Below are positions 7,784 to 17,043 of a stretch of DNA of 64,000 bases, piece after piece. Where the stretch lies: the NCBI GenBank assembly GCA_002070055.1, contig MWCM01000004.1, positions 10,257 to 74,256 of the forward strand, in the 5' to 3' direction. Source of the DNA: a bacterium ADurb.Bin212 (GTDB lineage Bacteria; Patescibacteriota; UBA1384; XYA2-FULL-43-10). A model generated the notes under the pieces. It was given only the letters and a program-made list of their open reading frames with translations, did not search any database and was not told the DNA's origin. Made by a program: the position numbers and the translations under genes. The number at the start of each line of letters is the position of its first letter. Within the stretch, counting starts at the first letter, position 1.

Positions 7784-8668
7784 ATGAATAAATTATGGTG
7801 CAAAGATTGCGAAAAAGACTTTTTCTTTAGTGCATTGAAATTGGCAACTCCAGAACAATTATTTTACGTTACTAGCGACCAGAAGTATTGTGCTTATTGG
7901 CCGAAAAAATACGGCGACGTAAAATCGACTCTCCAAAGCAGAAACTCTCTTATTGGAAACTACACTGAAAAATGGGGTGTTGAGCTTTTTAGAGAAATTG
8001 CTGAAAAGCTTGGTGGCTTTTCGGTTCAGGGCGTTATTTGTGAAGAAATTGGTCTAACTCGACAATCTGCTGCCGATGTGGCGATTTGCAAAACAAAGAA
8101 TGTGATTCAAAAGCCAGAAAACATTTTGATGATTTTTGAAATTAAGATGTCGATAACTTGGAACTGGGAGCTTAAGCAACGAGGCAAGGAATATGATCTG
8201 GTATGTCTTGGCGATTACAACACTCACCAAGGAAATCCAAGTTTGCTAAGATCTGATTCAATGTTGAAAGCTATTGGGAAAAGTATCAATATTCGAGTTT
8301 CAAGTTTTGCGGCTAGTAAAATTCCAATCGTGATAATTGGTAATACACCGATCACAAGCTCCTATTATAAAAAAGTTGATCACTTGAAACAAAGCGGAAT
8401 TATTCAAGGTTTTTGGTCCGTCAATCCCGAGCCATTGGACAATAACAAAGAAAGCTTAGAAAAAACGAAGCTCGGTGGTTTCATCAGAATTAACAAATAT
8501 GACGAACTTGTAAAAATGACGCTCGATCTAGGTGCAGACGATAGAGAATTCTTTTCAAGCATGCAAAACAAACAAAGACTTGGAGAAATAATTAAAATTG
8601 CAAATCAGGAAGAAACCGAAGAAGCGAAAGCTCAAAAATTTCTTGAACTTATTAGGGAGGTAGAGTAA
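7784..8668 (+). CDS. putative Type II restriction endonuclease (PD-(D/E)xK-like)
   Basis: It lies between the C-protein-like gene and the methyltransferase gene. A candidate catalytic core is ...AADVAICK...ILMIFEIKMS (D...E-x-K). There is no match to other families that I can recognise. Confidence 0.45.
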   Translation: MNKLWCKDCEKDFFFSALKLATPEQLFYVTSDQKYCAYWPKKYGDVKSTLQSRNSLIGNYTEKWGVELFREIAEKLGGFSVQGVICEEIGLTRQSAADVAICKTKNVIQKPENILMIFEIKMSITWNWELKQRGKEYDLVCLGDYNTHQGNPSLLRSDSMLKAIGKSINIRVSSFAASKIPIVIIGNTPITSSYYKKVDHLKQSGIIQGFWSVNPEPLDNNKESLEKTKLGGFIRINKYDELVKMTLDLGADDREFFSSMQNKQRLGEIIKIANQEETEEAKAQKFLELIREVE

Positions 8669-9574
8669 ATGGCAGAAGTTAAGACACGAAAAGGAACAGA
8701 AACCAGCTCTTTCGGTACACCTGGAAGAAGCAATCATGATGCTTCCAAATTTTATGCAAGCAAAATGTATAGTGGTTTGAATAACGGCAACGGAGATGTT
8801 GAATATCGCGAAAATCCGATCAAAGAAGAATATATCAACAAAATATTCTGCAAAAGTAGCGAGAAAATGTCGGAGCTTCCCAATGACAGTGTTCATATTA
8901 TGATCACTTCCCCGCCATATAATGTTGGAAAGGATTATGACAAGGATTTGAGTCTGGACGACTACCGAAAACTCCTATACAGAGTTTTCAAAGAAACATA
9001 CCGAGTGCTAGTTCCTGGCGGTAGGGCTTGCATAAACATCGCCAACTTAGGCAGGAAGCCATATCTTCCTTTGCATAGTTATATTATTGAAGACATGGCA
9101 GAAATCGGTTATATCATGCGAGGTGAAATTATTTGGGATAAAGGTTCAAGTGCCAGTCCTTCAACCGCTTGGGGTTCGTATCTTAAAGCTAATAATCCCG
9201 TCTTGCGTGATGTTCATGAGTATATACTTATTTTTTGCAAAGAAACTTATTCGATGCAAAACTTGCATAAAAAGAAAAGTACAATCACTAAAGAAGAGTT
9301 TATGGAATATACCAAAAGCGTCTGGAAGTTTGCCGCTCAAAGGGCTTCAAAGGTTGGACATCCGGCGCCTTTTCCTCTCGATCTTCCATCGCGCCTGATT
9401 AAGCTATACACTTTCGAAAATGATGTTGTTCTCGATCCGTTCACTGGCGCCGGAACGACAAATGTTGCCGCCTTAGAACTCAATCGTAGGCATATTGGTT
9501 ATGATGTTGATAAAAAGTATTGCGATTTAGCAGAAAACAGAATAATGCAATGCAAAAGTAAATTACCATTATAA
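8669..9574 (+). CDS. DNA methyltransferase, beta-class (motif IV SPPY precedes motif I FxGxG); likely N4-cytosine or N6-adenine
   Basis: Motif IV is IMITSPPYNVGKDYD. Motif I near the C-terminus is VVLDPFTGAGTTNVAALE. Length is 301 aa. Confidence 0.85.
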   Translation: MAEVKTRKGTETSSFGTPGRSNHDASKFYASKMYSGLNNGNGDVEYRENPIKEEYINKIFCKSSEKMSELPNDSVHIMITSPPYNVGKDYDKDLSLDDYRKLLYRVFKETYRVLVPGGRACINIANLGRKPYLPLHSYIIEDMAEIGYIMRGEIIWDKGSSASPSTAWGSYLKANNPVLRDVHEYILIFCKETYSMQNLHKKKSTITKEEFMEYTKSVWKFAAQRASKVGHPAPFPLDLPSRLIKLYTFENDVVLDPFTGAGTTNVAALELNRRHIGYDVDKKYCDLAENRIMQCKSKLPL

Positions 9575-9978
9575 TGGAAAATAAACGCAAACATTTAGAG
9601 TTTATTCAAAACGTTATCAGTCGAATGGCTGGCAATCTATTTTTTCTTCGTGGCTGGACTATAACGTTAATTGCTGCATTACTTGCTCTCTTTGCTAAAG
9701 GTGGAAACCATACCTATATACTTTATTTTCTGATTGTTTTGATAATAGTATTTTGGATTTTAGACGGATTTTTTTTATCTCAAGAACGACTTTTTCGTGA
9801 CCTCTACAATGATGTCCGCTTACTAAAAGAAGAAAAAATAGATTTCAACATGGATGTTTCGCCTTATAAAAATTACAAAAAGAATACACTAATCTTTTCT
9901 ATGTTTTCTTCGACTTTATTAATATTTTACATTCCACTTGTCATCACTGCCTTGGTTATTATCTATTTAGTAAAATAA
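9574..9978 (+). CDS. small integral membrane protein (3 predicted TM helices), translationally coupled to the methyltransferase
   Basis: The start ATG overlaps the methyltransferase stop (taATGg). Hydrophobic segments are WTITLIAALLALFA, YILYFLIVLIIVFWILDGFF and LIFSMFSSTLLIFYIPLVITALVIIYLV. Confidence 0.5.
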   Translation: MENKRKHLEFIQNVISRMAGNLFFLRGWTITLIAALLALFAKGGNHTYILYFLIVLIIVFWILDGFFLSQERLFRDLYNDVRLLKEEKIDFNMDVSPYKNYKKNTLIFSMFSSTLLIFYIPLVITALVIIYLVK

Positions 9979-9986
9979 GAATTATT

Positions 9987-10643
9987 ATGGCTAAAAAAAT
10001 TTTTGTGAGTTATAAGCACAATGATCAGAGTGTTAAACCGCTAAAACAATATCTAACAGCAACTGCCAGAGATTATGTCGACGAACTTGAGAAGTATTTT
10101 GAAGAGGGAGACTTTATCTACAAAGGAGAGGATGTCGACAACGACCTGAGCAATCTGACAGACGGAAGTATCGCTCAAATCCTTTACGACAAAATATATG
10201 ACAGCTCGGTAACAATAGTTTTAGTTTCAAAAAATATGAGAGATTATAAAACCGAGAAGGATCAATGGATACCTCGAGAAATCTCTTACTCCCTTACTGA
10301 AAATAACAGGGGTGAAAGGATTAGCGCTACCAATGCTATGCTCGCTGTAGTTTTACCGGATGAAAATGGCGATTACTCATACATCGTCACACATCACCCA
10401 TGCGTGACACGCTGGAATACAGCTTCGTTATTCAACATTCTCAACCAAAATATGTTTAACAGGAAAAGTAAAAACACCTATCAATGCACTGATTGTTACG
10501 GGCAACACCATACTGGAAAAGACCATTCATATATTCACCCGGTCAAATGGGATGATTTTATTTTGGATATCGATGGTTATATAAACTTAGCTACGGAAAT
10601 TCAACAGAATATTGATGAATACGATATAGCAAAAGAATTATAA
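9987..10643 (+). CDS. TIR-like domain protein (ThsB / DUF1863 / MTH538 type) with a Cys/His-rich C-terminal extension
   Basis: The N-terminus is KIFVSYKHND, the TIR strand-1 pattern. The central region is SVTIVLVSKNM...QWIPREISYSL, matching the DUF1863 S..VLIG...W..YEI pattern. The C-terminus is HHPCVTRW...YQCTDCYGQHHTGKDHSYIHP, a possible zinc site. It starts 8 bp after the TM-protein stop. Confidence 0.6.
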   Translation: MAKKIFVSYKHNDQSVKPLKQYLTATARDYVDELEKYFEEGDFIYKGEDVDNDLSNLTDGSIAQILYDKIYDSSVTIVLVSKNMRDYKTEKDQWIPREISYSLTENNRGERISATNAMLAVVLPDENGDYSYIVTHHPCVTRWNTASLFNILNQNMFNRKSKNTYQCTDCYGQHHTGKDHSYIHPVKWDDFILDIDGYINLATEIQQNIDEYDIAKEL

Positions 10644-10648
10644 TTCCG

Positions 10649-10920
10649 CCCCCGCCCCAAAAAGCGAGAGCGTGCGCATTCCCTCCCCACACCCCTTCCT
10701 GCGCACGCACGAGCAAATTGCATTTTTGAAAACATTTTGAGCGAGCGCGGCCGTTTCCTCCCCACGCCCCTTCACGGCCGCGCGAGCGAAAATTTATTGA
10801 GTATTTTTTTCGAAAAAAGTTCGAGCTTCGTTCAAAACACACCACCATTTTTCACTTCGTGCCAATTCTTCCGCTTCGCTCGAGCCTTCGGCTCTCGCTT
10901 GCGGTGGTAAATTCAAGAAT
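10649..10920 (-). repeat. Repeat copy C: the GC-rich twin-hairpin module plus a recombinase 3'-end fragment, an inverted copy of B
   Basis: Positions 10649-10867 are nearly identical to the reverse complement of 7480-7262. Positions 10790-10920 encode, on the minus strand, ...LPPQARAEGSSEAEELARSEKWWCVLNEARTFFEKNTQ*. The upstream body position is occupied by the APH-like kinase gene. Confidence 0.85.
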
Positions 10921-10947
10921 TTCAGATCAGATTAATACTAGAACCTT

Positions 10948-12069
10948 TTAATTTCTATACCAAATGCCCCTCTGATTGATGGCATCAATTATTGTTGGAG
11001 CAATCTGCTCAAGAGAGCTTTGAGCGGTCTGTCTAGTGCTTAAATCTGGATCATTCAACATGTTAGAAAAGTCTACTACCGCTGAGGCCGAATATTGATA
11101 TAAAAAAGCCAGCCGCAAATAATCTTCAAAATATTTAATATCCCGATTAGCTTCAACAGCCATATTTTTATATGATCTCTGTAAGCCAGGACTACTCCAT
11201 AGGTCGGCCAACATAAATGCATAGTCATTTGCAGGGCCTTGCACAACCCCCACCCTCTCCCAGTCAATCCAGCCAATTTTATTATCCGGGGTTATAATAA
11301 TGTTACCAGGATTTATATCGCCTGCAGAAAACTCCCTTGGAGTACTTTGTAATAATTCCTCATATTTTTCTAAATCTTGCCGCATTTTATGCATATTGCC
11401 TTCACCAATAATTGAGGGTAAAGGTGACTCCTGCCAATCAACATAACCCTTATATTCATCATATAAATTATTATCTCTCTCCATAGATAAACCAGGAACC
11501 AATCCTGCTGCCACATCTTGAGTCAAAATTCCATGAAAAGATTTGGTTAGCTCTACAAGTGTTCTTAAGTGTGATTCGCTAATAACATCCGGGTTGGCAC
11601 CCGATCGCCAACCGGCCACACTTCCATCTAAATAATCTTGGACACAATATGTTGACCAGCCAGATGTTTTGGCGTCATGAATATTGGGAAAAACTACTTT
11701 TGAGGACAAATCAGTCGGCAACTGATGGCAAAAGTAGGGAGCTAAGGTTTCCAGAAATTGTATTTCTCTTAAGCCCTCTTCGTCAGGATCCTGTCTGGTT
11801 CTTGATTTAAATATCCTTTTCTCGTTAGGCGATTCGCTACATGCTGTTTCTACAACCATAAATGGTCTATCATAAGGGTTTTGAATTCCATCAACACCTC
11901 CCTGTATCAGCTTCACAGGAATTAAACCGTTATTTTTTAGTCCGTCGCAAAGAGTCTCTAGAGCTTCCTCGGTTTCGATATTTCTCTCTTTGCTCTCTTC
12001 CTCTAGCTTCTTAGCTTCAATTTCCTCTTCTAAGCGAAGATGTAATCCTTCATTCACGTAAAACCTCAA
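10948..12069 (-). CDS. aminoglycoside-phosphotransferase / protein-kinase-like fold (APH family) protein
   Basis: Catalytic/Mg-binding region is GDINPGNIIITPDNKIGWIDWERVGV (the HGD-hNpgNhhh...DWE pattern). Local GC is slightly higher than the surroundings. Confidence 0.55.
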   Translation of the reverse strand: MRFYVNEGLHLRLEEEIEAKKLEEESKERNIETEEALETLCDGLKNNGLIPVKLIQGGVDGIQNPYDRPFMVVETACSESPNEKRIFKSRTRQDPDEEGLREIQFLETLAPYFCHQLPTDLSSKVVFPNIHDAKTSGWSTYCVQDYLDGSVAGWRSGANPDVISESHLRTLVELTKSFHGILTQDVAAGLVPGLSMERDNNLYDEYKGYVDWQESPLPSIIGEGNMHKMRQDLEKYEELLQSTPREFSAGDINPGNIIITPDNKIGWIDWERVGVVQGPANDYAFMLADLWSSPGLQRSYKNMAVEANRDIKYFEDYLRLAFLYQYSASAVVDFSNMLNDPDLSTRQTAQSSLEQIAPTIIDAINQRGIWYRN

Positions 12070-12113
12070 GCTCTAATAACAAGAATATTACGGCAATACT
12101 TAAGATCTGGCCT

Positions 12114-12446
12114 CTAGATCGAATCAAATGATTCGATAAAAATATTCTTATCCTTGTCAGTTAAACCATCTAAAACCTCTCTAACATAGTCTTGAACGGT
12201 GCTACTAGCGATTCTTTTTATGTCTTCAATCATTTCTTCATCTGATTGACCTTGATTATCAAGGCGAAACTCATCATTGTTCTGGGCTTCAATCATCAAA
12301 TCAATTTTTGCTCCAATTATTGAAAGCAACTGGTCTACCTGCTCTCCAGCATTTGACTCACTAAACCCGATTGAGAGCAAAGCTCTTTTGAGCCTAATCG
12401 ACACATTACTTTCATTGTCAAATTTTAAGAAATCAAAATCTTCCAT
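12114..12446 (-). CDS. hypothetical acidic protein (110 aa)
   Basis: ORF only; no motif recognised. Confidence 0.35.
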   Translation of the reverse strand: MEDFDFLKFDNESNVSIRLKRALLSIGFSESNAGEQVDQLLSIIGAKIDLMIEAQNNDEFRLDNQGQSDEEMIEDIKRIASSTVQDYVREVLDGLTDKDKNIFIESFDSI

Positions 12447-12457
12447 AATTTAACCGA

Positions 12458-12907
12458 TCATCTATTATTATTTACTCTAGCATTATTGTCTAGAGAATAG
12501 CCCCTAATATGTCCATCTCCAACCATAGCCTTGAATATGCCATAGGCATTACTACTCCTAATAATTCCTTTTGTTATCCCTTTTAAAAAAGACAGCGTGC
12601 CAGAAAAAAAATTGGAATTTTCATTTTTGTCTCGATCCATTTGCCTAATACCATCCCCGGCGCCAATTAAATTCAAGGCAAAATTCCCCATTTTTCTCCA
12701 TATGGTCATATTATTAACCTCAGCCTCAGTTCTCTCTTGATCTGACCTTTGCTTCTCGCTTATACACAAACTACGAAGGAAGGCAGCATTAAAATGATCT
12801 AAGAAGTTTCTACCTCTTTGCTCAGCAGACAAACTTACTGTTTCTTTTTTTTCGACAGGAACAACATCAACATTACTTTCGCCATCTATTTGATTATTTA
12901 GCTTCAT
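12458..12907 (-). CDS. hypothetical protein (149 aa)
   Basis: ORF only. Confidence 0.35.
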   Translation of the reverse strand: MKLNNQIDGESNVDVVPVEKKETVSLSAEQRGRNFLDHFNAAFLRSLCISEKQRSDQERTEAEVNNMTIWRKMGNFALNLIGAGDGIRQMDRDKNENSNFFSGTLSFLKGITKGIIRSSNAYGIFKAMVGDGHIRGYSLDNNARVNNNR

Positions 12908-12998
12908 ATTTCTCTGTTGTTAATTAAATACATTTATATTTTATTTTAATCAAGCGTTGTGGGTCAAATTCGATCATGAATACGCACAAAATTATACT

Positions 12999-13667
12999 TT
13001 ATTCTCTAAACGCTCCCACAATAGGGTATTTTGCCAAAGCTTTCGCAACATGATAGGAGTAAAAAGCTTTTGTAAGCTCCTTACCCGCATAATGAGAGAA
13101 GTGCTTACCCTCTTCAAAAACTGAGCTTAAATCATACACTTTACCGTCAACCGCGACATAAGCAGGGTTACCATTTTTTCCATCGTATTTTGACAAATCT
13201 TCAGCACTAAAAGATTTGACCGTGGATAGCTCATCATCTGCAGATGTTTGGTTATTCTCTACAATATTACTATCACCATTCTGTTGATTAGTAGCTTCGC
13301 TCTGATTTTCTGAATCGTTTCCTGCTTGCTCTGTGCTGGCTGAAATATTATTTTCTGTTTGACTCTTCTCATACCATTGATCAATATAGATAAAGCTCCC
13401 TAGAAAACCAACAAAGAAAATCAACCAGAGCGCTTTTATTGGCCACCTCCACCACTTCCAACGCATAAAGGCCAATCTGGTCGCATATCCCGCATGGAAA
13501 ACAAAAGCAACAGTGATAATTATCGGCAGATATTTATTGTGGAGGTTAGCAGACTTTGCACTATCAATAATCCCTTTGGTCATACCGTATCCGCTTATAA
13601 AAAACAGAGTCATGCCAAAAAGTAAAATCCAAGCCATAAAACGATCAATTTTACACAGCAATTTCAT
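12999..13667 (-). CDS. membrane protein with a C-terminal cytochrome-b5-like heme/steroid-binding domain
   Basis: The N-terminal TM helices are followed by LSKYDGKNGNPAYVAVDGKVYDLS...HFSHYAGKELTKAF, a cyt-b5-like fold pattern. Confidence 0.45.
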   Translation of the reverse strand: MKLLCKIDRFMAWILLFGMTLFFISGYGMTKGIIDSAKSANLHNKYLPIIITVAFVFHAGYATRLAFMRWKWWRWPIKALWLIFFVGFLGSFIYIDQWYEKSQTENNISASTEQAGNDSENQSEATNQQNGDSNIVENNQTSADDELSTVKSFSAEDLSKYDGKNGNPAYVAVDGKVYDLSSVFEEGKHFSHYAGKELTKAFYSYHVAKALAKYPIVGAFRE

Positions 13668-13743
13668 TTTTCAAACTCCCTAATATTTAATAGCATCGAT
13701 ACAAATATATTAAATTGTGCTGAGATTCTGCTGAACTTTATTA

Positions 13744-14802
13744 CTATCGCTCATCTATTCTACTGCTTTCTATGAGTGAACCATTTTGATCATAAACGTT
13801 TATTGTAGCATAGTCGTTATAAATAGAAGATGTGGCATGACCAATTGCTGTGCCTCCAGGTAAAGTAAAAATTTCTATGCCTGAAACATCGGTCTTTGTA
13901 TATGTATGAATGTGACCGCACACTACAAAATCCACACCATAATTTATTAAATATGATTGGATCGTAGAGAAAAAGGTGGGGTGATGGAAAACGACTGCGG
14001 TAATCCTCGACTGCGATGCAGCGCTTTGCAGATCGCTTTCAAGCCATGATAATTGGTTCGGATCGGAAGCCGAAAAAGCACTGTCTAAAACTACAATATG
14101 TAAATTTCCGCTATTAACCGAATACCACTTTTCATTATTGGGAAAGTTGAAATAATCTAGGAATATTGGAGAAGGCGTTGTAGAGTCGCCAAATAACCTG
14201 TCATTGTTGCCTAATGCTCCATAAAAAGTTCTCGAACCAAGTAAAATTCCTGCCACATTTAAAAATCTGTCGAAGCTATTTTGCGTGCCATCTTCCATTA
14301 AATCACCGGCGTGAATAACCGGATTCGCCCCAGAAGCCAATATCCTATTTACCACATTTTGGTGTCTAACGTCATCATCATCACTATCGGATTGATTGTC
14401 TGCATAGAATGCCACAAAAGCGGAGAATGATTCAGATTCGGGCTCCGGTTCGGGCTCCGGCTCTGGGCTAACCCCAGAATCACTTTGGCTGACCTCTGAT
14501 TGAGATGAAGAATTGGAGGAAGATGGAGCTTTTGGTTTTGTGTTAACAAGAGCATCTTGTTTTGTTGCTTCCTCTTTTGCCTTTTCTTCCTCCACATTGT
14601 TATTGTCGATATCAATGTGGCTATCAATATTATTACTATCGTATGATTCATCAGTAATTATTAGGCCACCCATATTCGCGCGGAAGTACGATATATACCA
14701 TATGACAAACAGAGATATTGCAGCCAACACCAGCACAATTACAATATAAATCCTGTAGGTAATTATGATCTGTCTGATTCTTTGTTTTAAGATTAATTTC
14801 AT
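13744..14802 (-). CDS. calcineurin-like metallophosphoesterase with an N-terminal TM anchor and a Ser/Pro/Glu low-complexity linker
   Basis: Metallophosphoesterase motifs are HAGDLMEDG, GNND, VVFHHP and VVCGHIHTY. The linker is PEPEPEPEPESE, encoded by a short tandem DNA repeat (~14436-14470). Confidence 0.7.
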   Translation of the reverse strand: MKLILKQRIRQIIITYRIYIVIVLVLAAISLFVIWYISYFRANMGGLIITDESYDSNNIDSHIDIDNNNVEEEKAKEEATKQDALVNTKPKAPSSSNSSSQSEVSQSDSGVSPEPEPEPEPESESFSAFVAFYADNQSDSDDDDVRHQNVVNRILASGANPVIHAGDLMEDGTQNSFDRFLNVAGILLGSRTFYGALGNNDRLFGDSTTPSPIFLDYFNFPNNEKWYSVNSGNLHIVVLDSAFSASDPNQLSWLESDLQSAASQSRITAVVFHHPTFFSTIQSYLINYGVDFVVCGHIHTYTKTDVSGIEIFTLPGGTAIGHATSSIYNDYATINVYDQNGSLIESSRIDER

Positions 14803-14805
14803 GTT

Positions 14806-15945
14806 TTAATCCGTATTTAAATCCGAGTGATATTTTAGAGGAAAATCTTCTTCTAGCTCACCAGAGAAATATAGTTCGTGTGTGAGTGAACCGAATGTAT
14901 AATTCTCTCCTCCAATTTCCAGGTTTGTGCCTCCTACCACCGGACTCTTCTTTGGTTCTGACTTTCCGAAACCAAGATTGAATAAGGTTCCGAGAATCTC
15001 CGGGCGACTGTTAATATTATAACCTTTTTTTGACCATTGGGTCATAATTTGTTTTAAATACAACGAGCCGTATAGATATGAATAATAATGATTTTTTTCA
15101 TCGGTTAGTCTATCATATCTCTGTTTATTTTTATCCTCTAAATCAAAATCTAATAGATTCTCATATTCTGGACCAAGATAATAATCTGAATCCCTATCTT
15201 TAAGATTGTTTTCTATCTTAATTGCCGTAGCCTCTTTGATTGACATAACTCCCCAAGCCATTTTATTGGCATTGCCCAATATCTGCAACGGTTTAAAAAA
15301 CTGTTCATAAAATTCACGCTGTGTGTTATAGAGCCTAAACTGCTCAACGAGGCAAACCGAAAGTATTATGCGAGGATCCACCCCCGCGTCATTCCCAGCA
15401 CTTAGTATCTGATCTTTATCTTTTAATATCGCTGATTTTACTACTTCCCACTCTTCACTATTTGACCAAGGAAAAACACTTGAAGCGCCGCCTTCTTGTT
15501 TTGATAACTTAATCTTTAAATAAGAGATGGAATATTGATTGTATACAGTGCTGTTTTGACAGTTTCTAATTTGATTATAATAATCTGAATTACCTAGTCG
15601 AACTTCAACAGCAAACAGCATTTTTTTTATTAGTAGTTGGTCTTTATACTTATTGTAAGCGTCCAAAATGTTCTTTGCGTTCTTTGTACCGTAATTAGAT
15701 ACTACATCAATAGCACATAACATCTTCTTCTCTGCAACCTCTTTTTCGTAGCTATCAACTTCCTCTTCCAGATCATATGTATCCGATAAAGCAAAATTTT
15801 CATATTTTGTATTATTAATATCTTTTGATCCCTCAATATCTGTTAAACCAAATCTAACGGCAAAATATCCTGTTGTTAAAACAAATCCGATAATAGCGAA
15901 TATATAAATAATTAATTTAAAAATTTTAACTAAAAATTTCTTCAC
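14806..15945 (-). CDS. hypothetical membrane-anchored protein (379 aa)
   Basis: N-terminal TM, then a soluble domain with no recognised motif. It lies 4 bp from the upstream gene. Confidence 0.4.
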   Translation of the reverse strand: MKKFLVKIFKLIIYIFAIIGFVLTTGYFAVRFGLTDIEGSKDINNTKYENFALSDTYDLEEEVDSYEKEVAEKKMLCAIDVVSNYGTKNAKNILDAYNKYKDQLLIKKMLFAVEVRLGNSDYYNQIRNCQNSTVYNQYSISYLKIKLSKQEGGASSVFPWSNSEEWEVVKSAILKDKDQILSAGNDAGVDPRIILSVCLVEQFRLYNTQREFYEQFFKPLQILGNANKMAWGVMSIKEATAIKIENNLKDRDSDYYLGPEYENLLDFDLEDKNKQRYDRLTDEKNHYYSYLYGSLYLKQIMTQWSKKGYNINSRPEILGTLFNLGFGKSEPKKSPVVGGTNLEIGGENYTFGSLTHELYFSGELEEDFPLKYHSDLNTD

Positions 15946-15991
15946 TTCTCTCCCTATTTATAGCATATCATAAGATGGGTATAATATATTC

Positions 15992-16474
15992 ATGTCAAAT
16001 CTGTGGTATATAGTTATCGCTTCGTTGCTCATGCTTCCAGGAATCGCCGGAGTAGTATTGCCTTTTCTGCCAGGCTTACTGTACATGCTAGGTATTACTG
16101 CGATATATGTAATAATAGACAAGTTTTCTCATTTAAGCTGGACGGAGATTATAATACTCGCTTTTATTGTTTTAATATCTCTCTTTATTGATTATCTCTC
16201 CGGGACGTTGGCAGCAAAAATTGGCGGCGCGTCAAGAAAATCTCTTTTTTATGGAATAATAGGTCTAATAATAGGCACTTTTGCTATCCCTCCATTTGGA
16301 GGAATACTGGGCCTGGCTGTAGCAATATTTATCTCGGAATATCTAGAGGCGAAAAACAGCAAAAAAGCGGTAAAATCAGCCGTGAGTTCTTTAATAGGTA
16401 CATTGGCGGGGATAATTATCAACCTGACTCTGGCAATTATTTACTTAATCCTATTTATAATCTTTTCTTTATGA
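15992..16474 (+). CDS. DUF456-like small membrane protein
   Basis: Four TM segments with the LPFLPGLL motif typical of DUF456. Confidence 0.45.
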   Translation: MSNLWYIVIASLLMLPGIAGVVLPFLPGLLYMLGITAIYVIIDKFSHLSWTEIIILAFIVLISLFIDYLSGTLAAKIGGASRKSLFYGIIGLIIGTFAIPPFGGILGLAVAIFISEYLEAKNSKKAVKSAVSSLIGTLAGIIINLTLAIIYLILFIIFSL

Positions 16475-17043
16475 TAAAAAGAATCTCGCTGGCATTTATA
16501 CTGCTCAATCTTATTTGGAGTGCTATAGCTTTTTTTGTCGATTATAAAGTAATAGGAAATATTCCTTTCTATTTTTGGCCATTCACAATTATCTGTCCGT
16601 TATTCCCTTTTCTGCTATTTATACTGTGGCTGAGAGAACATTTTAGAAAAAACACGAGAGACCTATGGCTGTCACTATTTTCTATACCGCCAATTGCATA
16701 TTTTTTTGGCTCTCTTATATATTATCCCTATTGGATGCTACAAAACGGCTTTAACTTGTATGCTTTCGGACAAATTTTTTGGGTCGCCTTCTACGGCATT
16801 CAGGGTATATGGTTTTCCATCAAAAGAAAAAACGATCTAAAATATGACTTGGTTGCCATATCATATATCGTAATATCTTTTATTATCCAGTATTTTGGGG
16901 AAACATACGGATATTTTGACACCTCAAATATAAGCAATCTTGCAATGGCTATTATTTACGCATTAATAGTTCTATTAACTCTAGCTATAGTGCTCGCCAA
17001 AAGATATATTAATATTCCATCTCCTCTTTTTTCAAAGAGATAA
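16471..17043 (+). CDS. polytopic membrane protein (190 aa)
   Basis: Hydrophobic throughout. Its start overlaps the previous stop. Confidence 0.4.
   Translation: MIKRISLAFILLNLIWSAIAFFVDYKVIGNIPFYFWPFTIICPLFPFLLFILWLREHFRKNTRDLWLSLFSIPPIAYFFGSLIYYPYWMLQNGFNLYAFGQIFWVAFYGIQGIWFSIKRKNDLKYDLVAISYIVISFIIQYFGETYGYFDTSNISNLAMAIIYALIVLLTLAIVLAKRYINIPSPLFSKR

Noticed and set aside
8555-8896. 113-aa minus-strand ORF spanning the REase/MTase junction
   Set aside because: It is antisense to two well-supported genes with a conserved motif (SPPY) in that interval, and has no ribosome-binding site.
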